From the NCBI GenBank assembly GCA_049275795.1, contig JBASVF010000098.1, positions 1 through 37,127 of the forward strand: 37,127 nucleotides of DNA. Reading direction: 5' to 3'. Positions 25,934-33,725 of this stretch are shown in pieces. Position 1 is the first letter of the stretch, and each line of letters starts with the position of its first letter. This DNA comes from Desulfomonilia bacterium. Lineage in GTDB: Bacteria > Desulfobacterota > Desulfomonilia > UBA1062. The notes below the pieces were generated by a model, which searched no databases, was not told the origin of the DNA, and saw only the letters and a list, made by a program, of their open reading frames with translations. The translations under genes were made by a program, and so were the position numbers.

Positions 25934-26662
25934 CTAATTCTCCTTCTTCCTGTTTTTTCCGGCCAGGAGGGGTTTCCATCCCTGCCCGTCGTTCCTGCGG
26001 ACCGGCAGCAGGGCTCCGCCGTCCCACAGCCTTGGCCTGAGCCATCCCTGGGTATCGATCATGTCGTGAGGCCCCAACGCCGTGGCGTCCCTGTCTACCG
26101 AGATCACCATGATGCCTTTTGCCTCCAGCTCGGAGACGCTCACCACCGAAGGAATGTCACGCAGCCTGCCGTACTCGATGAACCGGCCGCTCCTTCCGTA
26201 TGCGCACAGGCCTGCCGCGGCGGCCGCACCGATGATGCCGTCGTTGGTTCCGCCGTGCCCAGAGAGATGGATCCCGCGGCAGGCTTCCATCGCCTCCTTC
26301 TGGGTCACCACCCGCTGCGAGCACCTGAGGCCGAAGTCGATGAGCCGGGCTATAGCCGGATCGTCTTCGCATGCCACGCACACCCCGGGATCGCTCCCGG
26401 GCGCTGCATGCTTCACCACGTGGTCCACGGCCCGGGATACGATCTCGGAGAGAATCGTGCGGTCCGGGACCTCGATGACGGCACACGCGGAAGAGTTGTG
26501 CGAGGTGTACGGGATCTCCTTGAGGACGGGCAGCTGGTGCCGCACCACGCCCCACAGGGAGCATCCCTTGGGAAGCTCGTTTTCGAACCAGCGGGTCAGT
26601 TTCCCGGTCCCGAAGTCGGAGTCGATGTTGTCGGTGTCATCGAAGGCTGCGAATATCTTCAT
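25934..26662 (-). CDS. stand-alone protein resembling the N-terminal kinase (TCKD) domain of archaeal tRNA(Ile2) agmatidine synthetase TiaS; function unknown
   Basis: The ATG at 26662 gives MKIFAAFDDTDNIDSDFGTGKL. The collinear motifs DDTDN, IPYTSHNSSA, DPGVCVA and NDGIIGAAAAAG parallel TiaS GIDDTDS, IPYKTRGNGA, NPGAVF and GRGLIGALAAVG as I recall them. No ferredoxin-like, OB or zinc-ribbon domain follows. Confidence 0.5.
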   Translation of the reverse strand: MKIFAAFDDTDNIDSDFGTGKLTRWFENELPKGCSLWGVVRHQLPVLKEIPYTSHNSSACAVIEVPDRTILSEIVSRAVDHVVKHAAPGSDPGVCVACEDDPAIARLIDFGLRCSQRVVTQKEAMEACRGIHLSGHGGTNDGIIGAAAAAGLCAYGRSGRFIEYGRLRDIPSVVSVSELEAKGIMVISVDRDATALGPHDMIDTQGWLRPRLWDGGALLPVRRNDGQGWKPLLAGKNRKKEN

Positions 26663-26684
26663 GGTGCTCGGTTTCCTCTCGGGT

Positions 26685-26725
26685 GTATTGTTCTCTCGTG
26701 CCGCAGGAACACGATGGAACAATAC
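26685..26725. promoter_or_regulatory. 41-nt inverted repeat (9-bp perfect outer arms GTATTGTTC/GAACAATAC plus inner TCGTG/CACGA) abutting the SD of the TiaS-like gene
   Basis: GTATTGTTC lies at 26685-26693 and GAACAATAC at 26717-26725. The inner pair lies at 26696-26700 and 26710-26714. The element lies 23-63 nt upstream of the ATG at 26662. Confidence 0.4.
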
Positions 26726-27037
26726 TACACCATCATATTAGGTGTGCTGGTGTCAATACTCATCGGCCTTGCGGAAGACATCCGCTCCTGCCCGGTGCGA
26801 TCCTCCTCCAGAGTTCGGAACCCGGGAGCTGACGTGCCTCAGCCGGGCAAGCGCCCGGGCGCTTCACTGCATGGAGAGCCTCACCCGGGACCTCGGCATC
26901 CTGCACCACGAGGGGAGCTCATGGGAGGGATGACGCCGGCCTTTCACGCCGGTGTCCCCGGCATGGGGTTTCCCGCTCGAGGCCGACGGCCCGTCTGCAG
27001 GCAGGCATGCTTGGAGGGGCGGGCCCCGGCGGCCCGC

Positions 27038-28282
27038 TCACCCCTGCTCGAGCCTGCGGGGTGCGGGCTCGCCCGCCCCGGGATCCGCGGCGAGGCGGGT
27101 ATGATCAATCGAGAAGTCATGTGAGCGAGTACCCCTCGAGGCATAGGTGAGCACCGCCGCAAAAGCCAGGGAAACGAGCGTTGCGAAGAACATGCCCCGG
27201 TAGCCGATGAGCTCCGCGACGAAGCCCCAGAGGATCGTTCCCAGGCCGATGCCCAGGTCCAAGGCAATGAAGAAGGTCCCGGTGGCTGCACCTCGCCTTT
27301 TGGCCGGCACTCCCCGCACGGCCATGGCCTGCAGTGTGGGGATGCAGAAGCCCAACCCCAGGCCCAGGAAACCTCCTGCCACCGTGAAATGCATGGCCTT
27401 GGTGGAAAGCCCCAGGGCCGTGATACCCATGAGCATGGCGATGTGGGCGACGATCAGGATCTTGTTCGTTCCTCCCCTGTCGGCCAGCCTTCCCGAGTAG
27501 ACCCGGGTGACCAGCATGGTCAAGGCAATGGCCGTGAAGAACGGGCCGATGTTTGCCACGCCCTGCTCGGCTGCGAACAGCGCCACATACGAGAGCACGG
27601 CCCCGTAGATGACGTTGACGAAGAACATGATCCCTGCCGCAGGCAGGGCCCTTTTCTCCAGGAATCCCGACCAGGCGGGTTTGAGGGGAGGATCGCGCTT
27701 TGCGATGAGGTGGTCGGTGCTCTGTACCGCGAGGCTCAGGCCGAAGGCGAGCAGGGTCGCCAGGACCACTGCGTTGAACAGCACAGGGAAGCCTGCCGCG
27801 GTCACCAGCCAGAAGCCAACCATGGGGGTGATCGCCATGGAGAGCGAGGCCATGACTCCGAAGTACCCCATGCCCTCGCTGAAGCGCTCGGTCGGGAGCA
27901 GATCGGCCGCAATGGTTCTCAAGGCCGTTCCGACCACGCCGAACGCCACGCCGTGCAGCCCGCGGATCACCAGCATCATGCCCTCGTGGGTGGCATACCG
28001 GTAAAAGACGGAGATGACCGCAGCCGCCAGGAGGGCTGCCAGTACGATCTTCTTGCGGCCCATGCTGTCGAGGAGCTTCCCGGCAATGGGACGCGTAACC
28101 AGGGCGCCGATCGTGTAGGCCCCCATCACGTACCCCACGTCCCGGCTGCCCCCGCCGATCTGCTGCAGGTACAGCGGAAGGGTGGGCGTGATCATGTGCG
28201 TGCTCATGAAAAACAGGAGGTTTGCAAAGCACAGCGAGGTGAAATTCCTGGTCCAGATGGCTGCGGGTGCTCGAGTTGTCAT
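27038..28282 (-). CDS. MFS transporter (12-TM type)
   Basis: From the ATG at 28282 the N-terminus reads MTTRAPAAIWTRNFTSLCFANLLFFMSTHMITPTLPLYL. The MFS loop motif is GKLLDSMGRKK, and the protein is hydrophobic throughout. The extended track start at 28549 is non-coding-like (Arg-rich). Confidence 0.9.
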   Translation of the reverse strand: MTTRAPAAIWTRNFTSLCFANLLFFMSTHMITPTLPLYLQQIGGGSRDVGYVMGAYTIGALVTRPIAGKLLDSMGRKKIVLAALLAAAVISVFYRYATHEGMMLVIRGLHGVAFGVVGTALRTIAADLLPTERFSEGMGYFGVMASLSMAITPMVGFWLVTAAGFPVLFNAVVLATLLAFGLSLAVQSTDHLIAKRDPPLKPAWSGFLEKRALPAAGIMFFVNVIYGAVLSYVALFAAEQGVANIGPFFTAIALTMLVTRVYSGRLADRGGTNKILIVAHIAMLMGITALGLSTKAMHFTVAGGFLGLGLGFCIPTLQAMAVRGVPAKRRGAATGTFFIALDLGIGLGTILWGFVAELIGYRGMFFATLVSLAFAAVLTYASRGTRSHDFSIDHTRLAADPGAGEPAPRRLEQG

Positions 28283-28806
28283 GTTGTCTTCTTTCTGCCC
28301 GGTGTATGCGTGGCCCGATCGCGGTGCAACCCCGCCCTCCTGAAGCGCGAAGGCTCCTGGACGGACCTCCTCGCCCGATGCATGGATCATGGGCCTGCGC
28401 CTGGCCAGGCTTACGATGCGACAGGCGGCATGTGCGGGGTTCCGCTTCCTGGCTCTCCGGAGCCGGCCGGCAAGCAGGTTCTGCCTGCCGCGAAGATCGA
28501 GGTGCGCCTCTCCCGCGGGCACATCCTGATGCTTGCACCGTGAGCTCAAGCGCCACCTTGCTCCAACTGGAAGGAGCTGTCAACCGCCTGGATAAATCTT
28601 TGCACGCCTTTGGAACCAGCCTTGAAACCTGCCGGGGTCGAACCGCGGGCAAGAGTGGATTCCCCGGATTGCCTGTTTTTTTATTGATCAGTGTTTTCAT
28701 AGCGTTGTAGCCATCCTGCCAGCAGCCCCACCCCACCGACCTCGATTGATTTACCCCGTCCTGCTTTCATTATTCATTATGGAAGCCACCGATCAGACAG
28801 TGCACG

Positions 28807-29253
28807 ATGACAGCGGTAAAGGGTTGTACCATTCGAAAAGCACATGCCGGGGACGCACCTGCCGTTTCCTCGCTCTTCTCGCAGCTGGGGTACCCCGCCA
28901 CGGCCGAGGAGATGGCGGGGAGGATCAGGACCCTGTCCTCGAAGCAGGAATACCTGGTCTTCGTCGCGGAGGTCGGCAGCGAAATCGTGGGTCTCATCTG
29001 CGCGTACATCGGCTACTCTCTCGAATTCACGGGAAAATACGGAAGACTGACAGCCCTAGTGGTTGACGAGAAGTGGCGCGGCCGCGGTATCGGGAAGATG
29101 CTGATGGAAAAGGTCGAATCCTCGCTGGCAAACCATGGGGCCTCGCTGGTTGTTCTCACCAGCAGCAGCTTTCGCAAGGAATCTCACGAGTTCTACCGGC
29201 ACATCGGCTACCTCGATACGGGCATCCGCTTCACCAAGAAGCTGCAAGTCTAA
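28807..29253 (+). CDS. GNAT-family N-acetyltransferase
   Basis: 148-aa protein. The acetyl-CoA motif A is LVVDEKWRGRGIGKMLM. The C-terminal region is FYRHIGY. Confidence 0.9.
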   Translation: MTAVKGCTIRKAHAGDAPAVSSLFSQLGYPATAEEMAGRIRTLSSKQEYLVFVAEVGSEIVGLICAYIGYSLEFTGKYGRLTALVVDEKWRGRGIGKMLMEKVESSLANHGASLVVLTSSSFRKESHEFYRHIGYLDTGIRFTKKLQV

Positions 29254-29649
29254 GTCTCGGCATTGCTGTTAGAAGCCGGGCGGATCGAGGCGGCAAGGGG
29301 CGCGATGCAGCCGCCGGCCTCCTCTGCACGGTGTCCTTTCATTGCCCATGGAGCGGGCAGCTCCAGATCATCTATCCACACATCCGGTTCCCTGGACCGG
29401 CCTTTGCGATGTCCGTGCGCATTAGCCTGCCGGGGGGCGGCGGCTCCCCAGGGGCGATCGTGATCAGCGGTGTACGTTGCAGGCCTGCCGGTCAGAAAAA
29501 GCACGATAATCAGAGACACCCGTACGGCACCCATACGCGCGAGCCCGCCCGTACACGGTTACTGTAGCCTCCCCTTCCCTGCCCCCAGGCCCTCCCGGTT
29601 CATCCCGGCAGATGCAGGCCGTATCCGCCCGATTTCACCGGTAATGAGT

Positions 29650-29665
29650 TTGACCTTCAGGTCAA
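29650..29665. promoter_or_regulatory. perfect palindrome TTGACC-TTCA-GGTCAA overlapping a possible -35 upstream of the acyl-CoA synthetase gene
   Basis: It has 6-bp perfect arms. TTGACC could serve as a -35, with TATGTA 18 nt downstream (29674-29679). It lies 50-65 nt upstream of the TTG start at 29715. Confidence 0.35.
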
Positions 29666-29714
29666 CCTTCTGCTATGTAACCGATAGTATTGAATTTCAT
29701 GATGGGAGGCATCG

Positions 29715-31835
29715 TTGAAGGCACAGGACGTCTATGCATTGAACGAGTACGAGGGTGCTCTCCTGCTCAAGGAGTGGGGGATTCCGGTGGTGGACCAGGA
29801 ACTTGCCCGTGACGCCGAAGAGGCCAGGGAGGCGGCCCTCAGGCTCGGGTTCCCGGTCGCGCTCAAGGTATGCTCTGAGAAGGTGCTCCACAAGACCGAC
29901 CTGCGGGGGGTGGTGCTCGGCATCGCTGATGAGAATTCGCTGTACGAGGCGGCACGCGATATCCTGGAGCGCTTCCGGGACGTCAACCCGGGCCTCCTCG
30001 TGCAGAAGATGGCGGCCCCAGGCGTGGAGATCATCCTGGGCTCCAGGCGGGACCCGGTCTTCGGGCCCGTGGTGCTGGCCGGCATCGGGGGAATCTTTAC
30101 CGAGATCTTCCGCGACTCGGTCACCGAGATCGCTCCGGTAGGCCTCAAGACGGCCCGCGACATGCTCATGCGGCTCAAGGGGGCCGCTCTCCTGCGCGGC
30201 TATCGGTCGAGCCCGCCCGTTGACATCGACACGCTCGCCAGGGCGATACGCGCCCTCTCGAAGCTCATCGCCGGGCGCCCGGACATCCTCGAGATCGACA
30301 TCAACCCGATGATCGCCCTTCCTGACGGCGCGCTCGCCGTGGACGCGCTCATCAGGTGCACGGGAAAGCGGAGGGCCCGCAAGATCAGGGCTTTCTCATC
30401 GGAGACCATCGACCCGTTCTTCAACCCCGGCTCCTTTGCCCTGATCGGGGCATCGAAGAGCCCGGGCAAGGGGGGCAACATCATCCTCAGAAACCTGCTC
30501 AAGGCCGGATACCAGGGAACGATCCACCCCATCAATCCCTCTGCCGGCGAGATTCTCGGGATGAAGGCCTATCCAAAGGTGACCGATGTGCCCGGGCCGG
30601 TGGACCTCGCCATGGTCGTGATTCCCAAGTCGGGTGTGCCCGGCGCCATTGCCGACTGCGCGGCCAAGGGGGTAAAAAGCGTCATCCTGAGCACGGGGGG
30701 CTACTCCGACGCGGGTGAATCCGGCCTGGCCGAGCAGAACGAGCTGGCCGCGATGTCCCGTAAGGCCGGGATGAGGCTCATGGGGCCCAACAGCATCGGC
30801 ACCATCAATCCCGTCTCGGGCCTGGCCACCTCGATCGTGGGGCTCGAACAGATCCGTACGGGCGGGGTTTCGCTGATCGGACAGTCCGGGGTGTTCTCAT
30901 CCGGCTGGGGCAGGTGGATCGCGGACCACCAGCCTTTCGGGATCGCCAAGATCGCCTGCATCGGCAACAAGGCGGACGTCAACGAGAGCGACCTCCTGGA
31001 GTACCTTGCCGACGATCCCCAGACGACCACGATCGGCATGTACCTCGAGGGGATCTCGGACGGCGAGCGCTTCATCCGTGCAGCGGCCCGTGCCTGCTCG
31101 AAGAAGCCCGTCGTCGTGGTGAAATCGGGCAGGAGCGAGGCCGGGGCCGCGGCGATCGCCTCCCATACCGGCTCGCTGGCAGGCTCGGACACCGTGTTCG
31201 AGGCCGTTTGCCGCAGAACCGGGCTGGTGCGGGTGCACGACTCCGAGGCGTTCTTCGATACGCTCTCGGCCTTCGAGACACTGCCCCTGCCCCGCGGCAA
31301 CTGCCTGGCCGCGCTCTCGATCACGGGCATGGGATGCGTGGTGACCACCGACGCTGCCGAGGAACTGGGCATCGAGCTGCCGGCCCTGAAGCCATCCACC
31401 CTCAGGAAGCTCCGCGAGGTAGTGCCTGCCTGGGCCCCGGTGAGAAACCCGGTGGATATCTGGTCTGCCGTGGAGCAGCACGGATCGAAGAAGACCATGA
31501 GCCACATCGCCGCGAGCATGCTCGCGCAGAAGGACATCGACGCGCTCCTGATGATCTTCGTGCTCATGCCCGAGTCGATCTTCGACATCAACGAGGCCTT
31601 TGCCGGGATCATCCGCGCGTACCCTGACAAGCCGGTGTTCGTCAGCTATTACGGCGGCACGAAAAAGGAGATGGCGCACATCCACGAGGGTTTTCTCCCG
31701 CTCGGTGTCCCTACCTACCCTACCCCGGAACGGGCGCTGTACGCCTTCAGCCGGATGGTGGAATACGCCCGCATGCACAGGGCCGGGCAGAGGGCGCGAA
31801 ACAAGGCCCTTGATTCGCCGGCGGCTTCCGGCTAG
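29715..31835 (+). CDS. NDP-forming acyl-CoA synthetase (acetate--CoA ligase [ADP-forming] family), fused in beta-alpha order
   Basis: The TTG start lies 6 nt after GGGAGG. The N-terminal ATP-grasp region reads LNEYEGALLLKEWGIPVV...FPVALKV. It is followed by the CoA-binding domain (FNPGSFALIGASKSPGKGGN) and the phosphohistidine loop AIASHTGSLAGS. Confidence 0.9.
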   Translation: MKAQDVYALNEYEGALLLKEWGIPVVDQELARDAEEAREAALRLGFPVALKVCSEKVLHKTDLRGVVLGIADENSLYEAARDILERFRDVNPGLLVQKMAAPGVEIILGSRRDPVFGPVVLAGIGGIFTEIFRDSVTEIAPVGLKTARDMLMRLKGAALLRGYRSSPPVDIDTLARAIRALSKLIAGRPDILEIDINPMIALPDGALAVDALIRCTGKRRARKIRAFSSETIDPFFNPGSFALIGASKSPGKGGNIILRNLLKAGYQGTIHPINPSAGEILGMKAYPKVTDVPGPVDLAMVVIPKSGVPGAIADCAAKGVKSVILSTGGYSDAGESGLAEQNELAAMSRKAGMRLMGPNSIGTINPVSGLATSIVGLEQIRTGGVSLIGQSGVFSSGWGRWIADHQPFGIAKIACIGNKADVNESDLLEYLADDPQTTTIGMYLEGISDGERFIRAAARACSKKPVVVVKSGRSEAGAAAIASHTGSLAGSDTVFEAVCRRTGLVRVHDSEAFFDTLSAFETLPLPRGNCLAALSITGMGCVVTTDAAEELGIELPALKPSTLRKLREVVPAWAPVRNPVDIWSAVEQHGSKKTMSHIAASMLAQKDIDALLMIFVLMPESIFDINEAFAGIIRAYPDKPVFVSYYGGTKKEMAHIHEGFLPLGVPTYPTPERALYAFSRMVEYARMHRAGQRARNKALDSPAASG

Positions 31836-31990
31836 TTTCCCTTTTATATGGGTCGCAGGCTGGGACGGGCCTGCGATCCTGGCGTCGCACATCTCCAGGG
31901 CCTGCGGGCCCGGCCTTGATTTCCTGCGCCGGGATGCCGGGTTCTGGAATGCGAACCAGGCTGAACCCTTTAAAACTCACGAGGTGGTGC

Positions 31991-33337
31991 ATGAAGATCT
32001 GCATGATTGGAACGGGTTATGTCGGGCTGGTGACTGGGGCGTGCTTTGCCGAGATGGGCAACGACGTGATCTGCGTCGACGAGAACACTGAGAAGATCCG
32101 CCTGCTGAACGAGGGCGTGGTGCCCATCTACGAGCCTGGGCTCAAGGAGGTCATCGACCGTAACGTAGAGGGCGGCCGCCTGTCCTTCACCACCGACCTC
32201 GGCGCGGGCGTGGGCGCGTGCCAGATCTGCTTCATCGCGGTGGGCACCCCGCAGGACAAGGACGGCTCGGCCGACCTTCGCTCCGTGCTCCAGGTGGCCC
32301 GCCAGATCGGCTCGATCATGGAGGGCTACAAGATCATCGTGGACAAGTCCACCGTGCCGGTGGGCACCGCGGACAAGGTGCGCGAGGCGGTCCAGGAGGA
32401 GCTCGACAAGCGGGGACTGGGCAGCCTGGAGTTCGACGTGGTCTCGAACCCCGAGTTCCTCAAGGAAGGCAACGCCCTGCAGGACTTCATGCGCCCCGAG
32501 CGCGTCATCGTGGGCACTGACAACGTGCGCACGGCAGCGCTCTTCCGCGAGCTCTACGACCCCTTCGTGCGCACGACCAACAACCCCATCCTCATCATGG
32601 ACATCCGCAGCGCAGAGCTCACCAAGTACGCGTCGAACGCCTTCCTGGCTGCCAAGGTCACCTTCATGAACGAGCTGGCAATCCTGTGCGACAAGGTGGG
32701 CGCAGACATCTCGCAGGTGAGAGAGGGCATGGGCACCGACTCGCGCATCGGCCCCCGCTTCCTGCTGGCAGGCCCGGGATACGGCGGCTCGTGCTTCCCC
32801 AAGGACGTGCGGGCACTCATCCACACGGCCGAGAGCCTGGGCCACACGCTCGAGATCTGCCGGGCCACCGACAAGGCAAACCAGCGCCAGAAGAGCTACT
32901 TCGCCCGGAAGATCATCGACTACTACCTCAAGCTCAAGGCTGATCTCTCGCAGATCACGATCGCGGTGTGGGGCCTGACCTTCAAGCCCAAGACCGACGA
33001 TATCCGCGAGGCCCCTGCTCTGGACATCATCGGCCTGCTCCTCGAGCAGGGCATGAAGGTGCGGGTCTTCGACCCGGTGGGCATGAACAACGCCCGCGCC
33101 GTGCTGGGCGACAAGGTGTTTTATGCCGGCGACAACTACGAGGTGCTCGAGGGCGCCGACAGCCTTGCCGTTATCACGGAATGGAACCTTTTCAAGAGCC
33201 CGGACTTCGACCGGATGAAAGAGCTCATGAGAAGGCCCGTGGTCTTCGACGGCAGGAACATCCTGAACACGGCGGACCTCGAGTCGAGGGGCTTCGTATA
33301 CTTCGGCATCGGCAGGAACTCCGGCGCCAAGGACTGA
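31991..33337 (+). CDS. ugd: UDP-glucose 6-dehydrogenase
   Basis: From the ATG at 31991, after GAGGTGG, the N-terminus MKICMIGTGYVGLVTGACFAEMGNDVICVD is a Rossmann motif. The catalytic region is GYGGSCFPKD. Confidence 0.95.
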   Translation: MKICMIGTGYVGLVTGACFAEMGNDVICVDENTEKIRLLNEGVVPIYEPGLKEVIDRNVEGGRLSFTTDLGAGVGACQICFIAVGTPQDKDGSADLRSVLQVARQIGSIMEGYKIIVDKSTVPVGTADKVREAVQEELDKRGLGSLEFDVVSNPEFLKEGNALQDFMRPERVIVGTDNVRTAALFRELYDPFVRTTNNPILIMDIRSAELTKYASNAFLAAKVTFMNELAILCDKVGADISQVREGMGTDSRIGPRFLLAGPGYGGSCFPKDVRALIHTAESLGHTLEICRATDKANQRQKSYFARKIIDYYLKLKADLSQITIAVWGLTFKPKTDDIREAPALDIIGLLLEQGMKVRVFDPVGMNNARAVLGDKVFYAGDNYEVLEGADSLAVITEWNLFKSPDFDRMKELMRRPVVFDGRNILNTADLESRGFVYFGIGRNSGAKD

Positions 33338-33479
33338 AAAGCCCGGACGAACAGCCCGGCAACGAGCTTCGAACGCCCCCGTTGCCGGGCCCGGCCTCAC
33401 CCCAAGAAAGGCGCCGTCAACTCCATCGACACCCCCCAAGAGACCGGCACCGGACCTCCTGCAGCAGGAAGGGCCGAGG

Positions 33480-33507
33480 TTGTTAACATAACTATTTGAT
33501 ATATAAT
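33480..33507 (+). promoter_or_regulatory. sigma70-type promoter candidate TTGTTA-N16-TATAAT in an AT-rich island
   Basis: TTGTTA lies at 33480-33485 and a perfect TATAAT at 33502-33507. An IHF-like match (TATCAAATAGTTA on the minus strand, 33489-33501) overlaps it. Confidence 0.3.
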
Positions 33508-33668
33508 TTTATTTTCCCTGATCCCCGGAAGTCTGTCCTGGTCCACGTCGATCAGGGCTTCTCAGGGCCGCTGCTTCAGCCTCACAACTGTCGAGAATAT
33601 TTACTAAATCTTGTCCCAACCTCATAGATCGCCTTCTATGCCATTGTTATTATTTGCTGTTTGTCGCA

Positions 33669-33684
33669 TGGCAAGGTTGATGCA
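33669..33684 (+). promoter_or_regulatory. sigma54-type promoter TGGCAA-GGTTG-ATGCA upstream of the PEP-CTERM gene
   Basis: The GG-N10-GC spacing is exact (GG at 33670-33671, GC at 33682-33683). It lies ~42 nt upstream of the ATG at 33726. The SD AAGGAG lies at 33715-33720. Confidence 0.5.
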
Positions 33685-33725
33685 TTACATCGGGTCACAA
33701 CAGAACATCAAGGCAAGGAGCGGCA

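Noticed and set aside
28625-28672. tRNA-like 'GGTCGAACC' / 'GGTTCGACC' string resembling a T-loop
   Set aside because: The flanking bases do not form a 5-bp T-stem on either strand. No acceptor or anticodon arms could be drawn.
27117-28736. 539-aa minus ORF overlapping the MFS gene, plus the 503-aa extended version of the MFS ORF
   Set aside because: The alternate frame is Arg/Pro/Gly-rich with no hydrophobic periodicity. The N-terminal 89 aa of the extended MFS ORF are likewise non-protein-like, so the start is set at 28282.
29250-29534. 94-aa minus ORF with a hydrophobic N-terminus (MGAVRVSLIIVLFLTG...) in the GNAT-ACD spacer
   Set aside because: There is no convincing SD. The remainder is Arg/Pro/Ala-rich and non-protein-like, and it overlaps the GNAT stop. 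I keep it only as a remote possibility.
31970-33439. 489-aa antisense ORF opposite ugd; similar cases lie at 21590..22957 and 24249..25271
   Set aside because: ugd, the Mo enzyme and the MoSto-like gene are unambiguous on the other strand. The antisense frames are open only because stop codons are scarce in GC-rich DNA.
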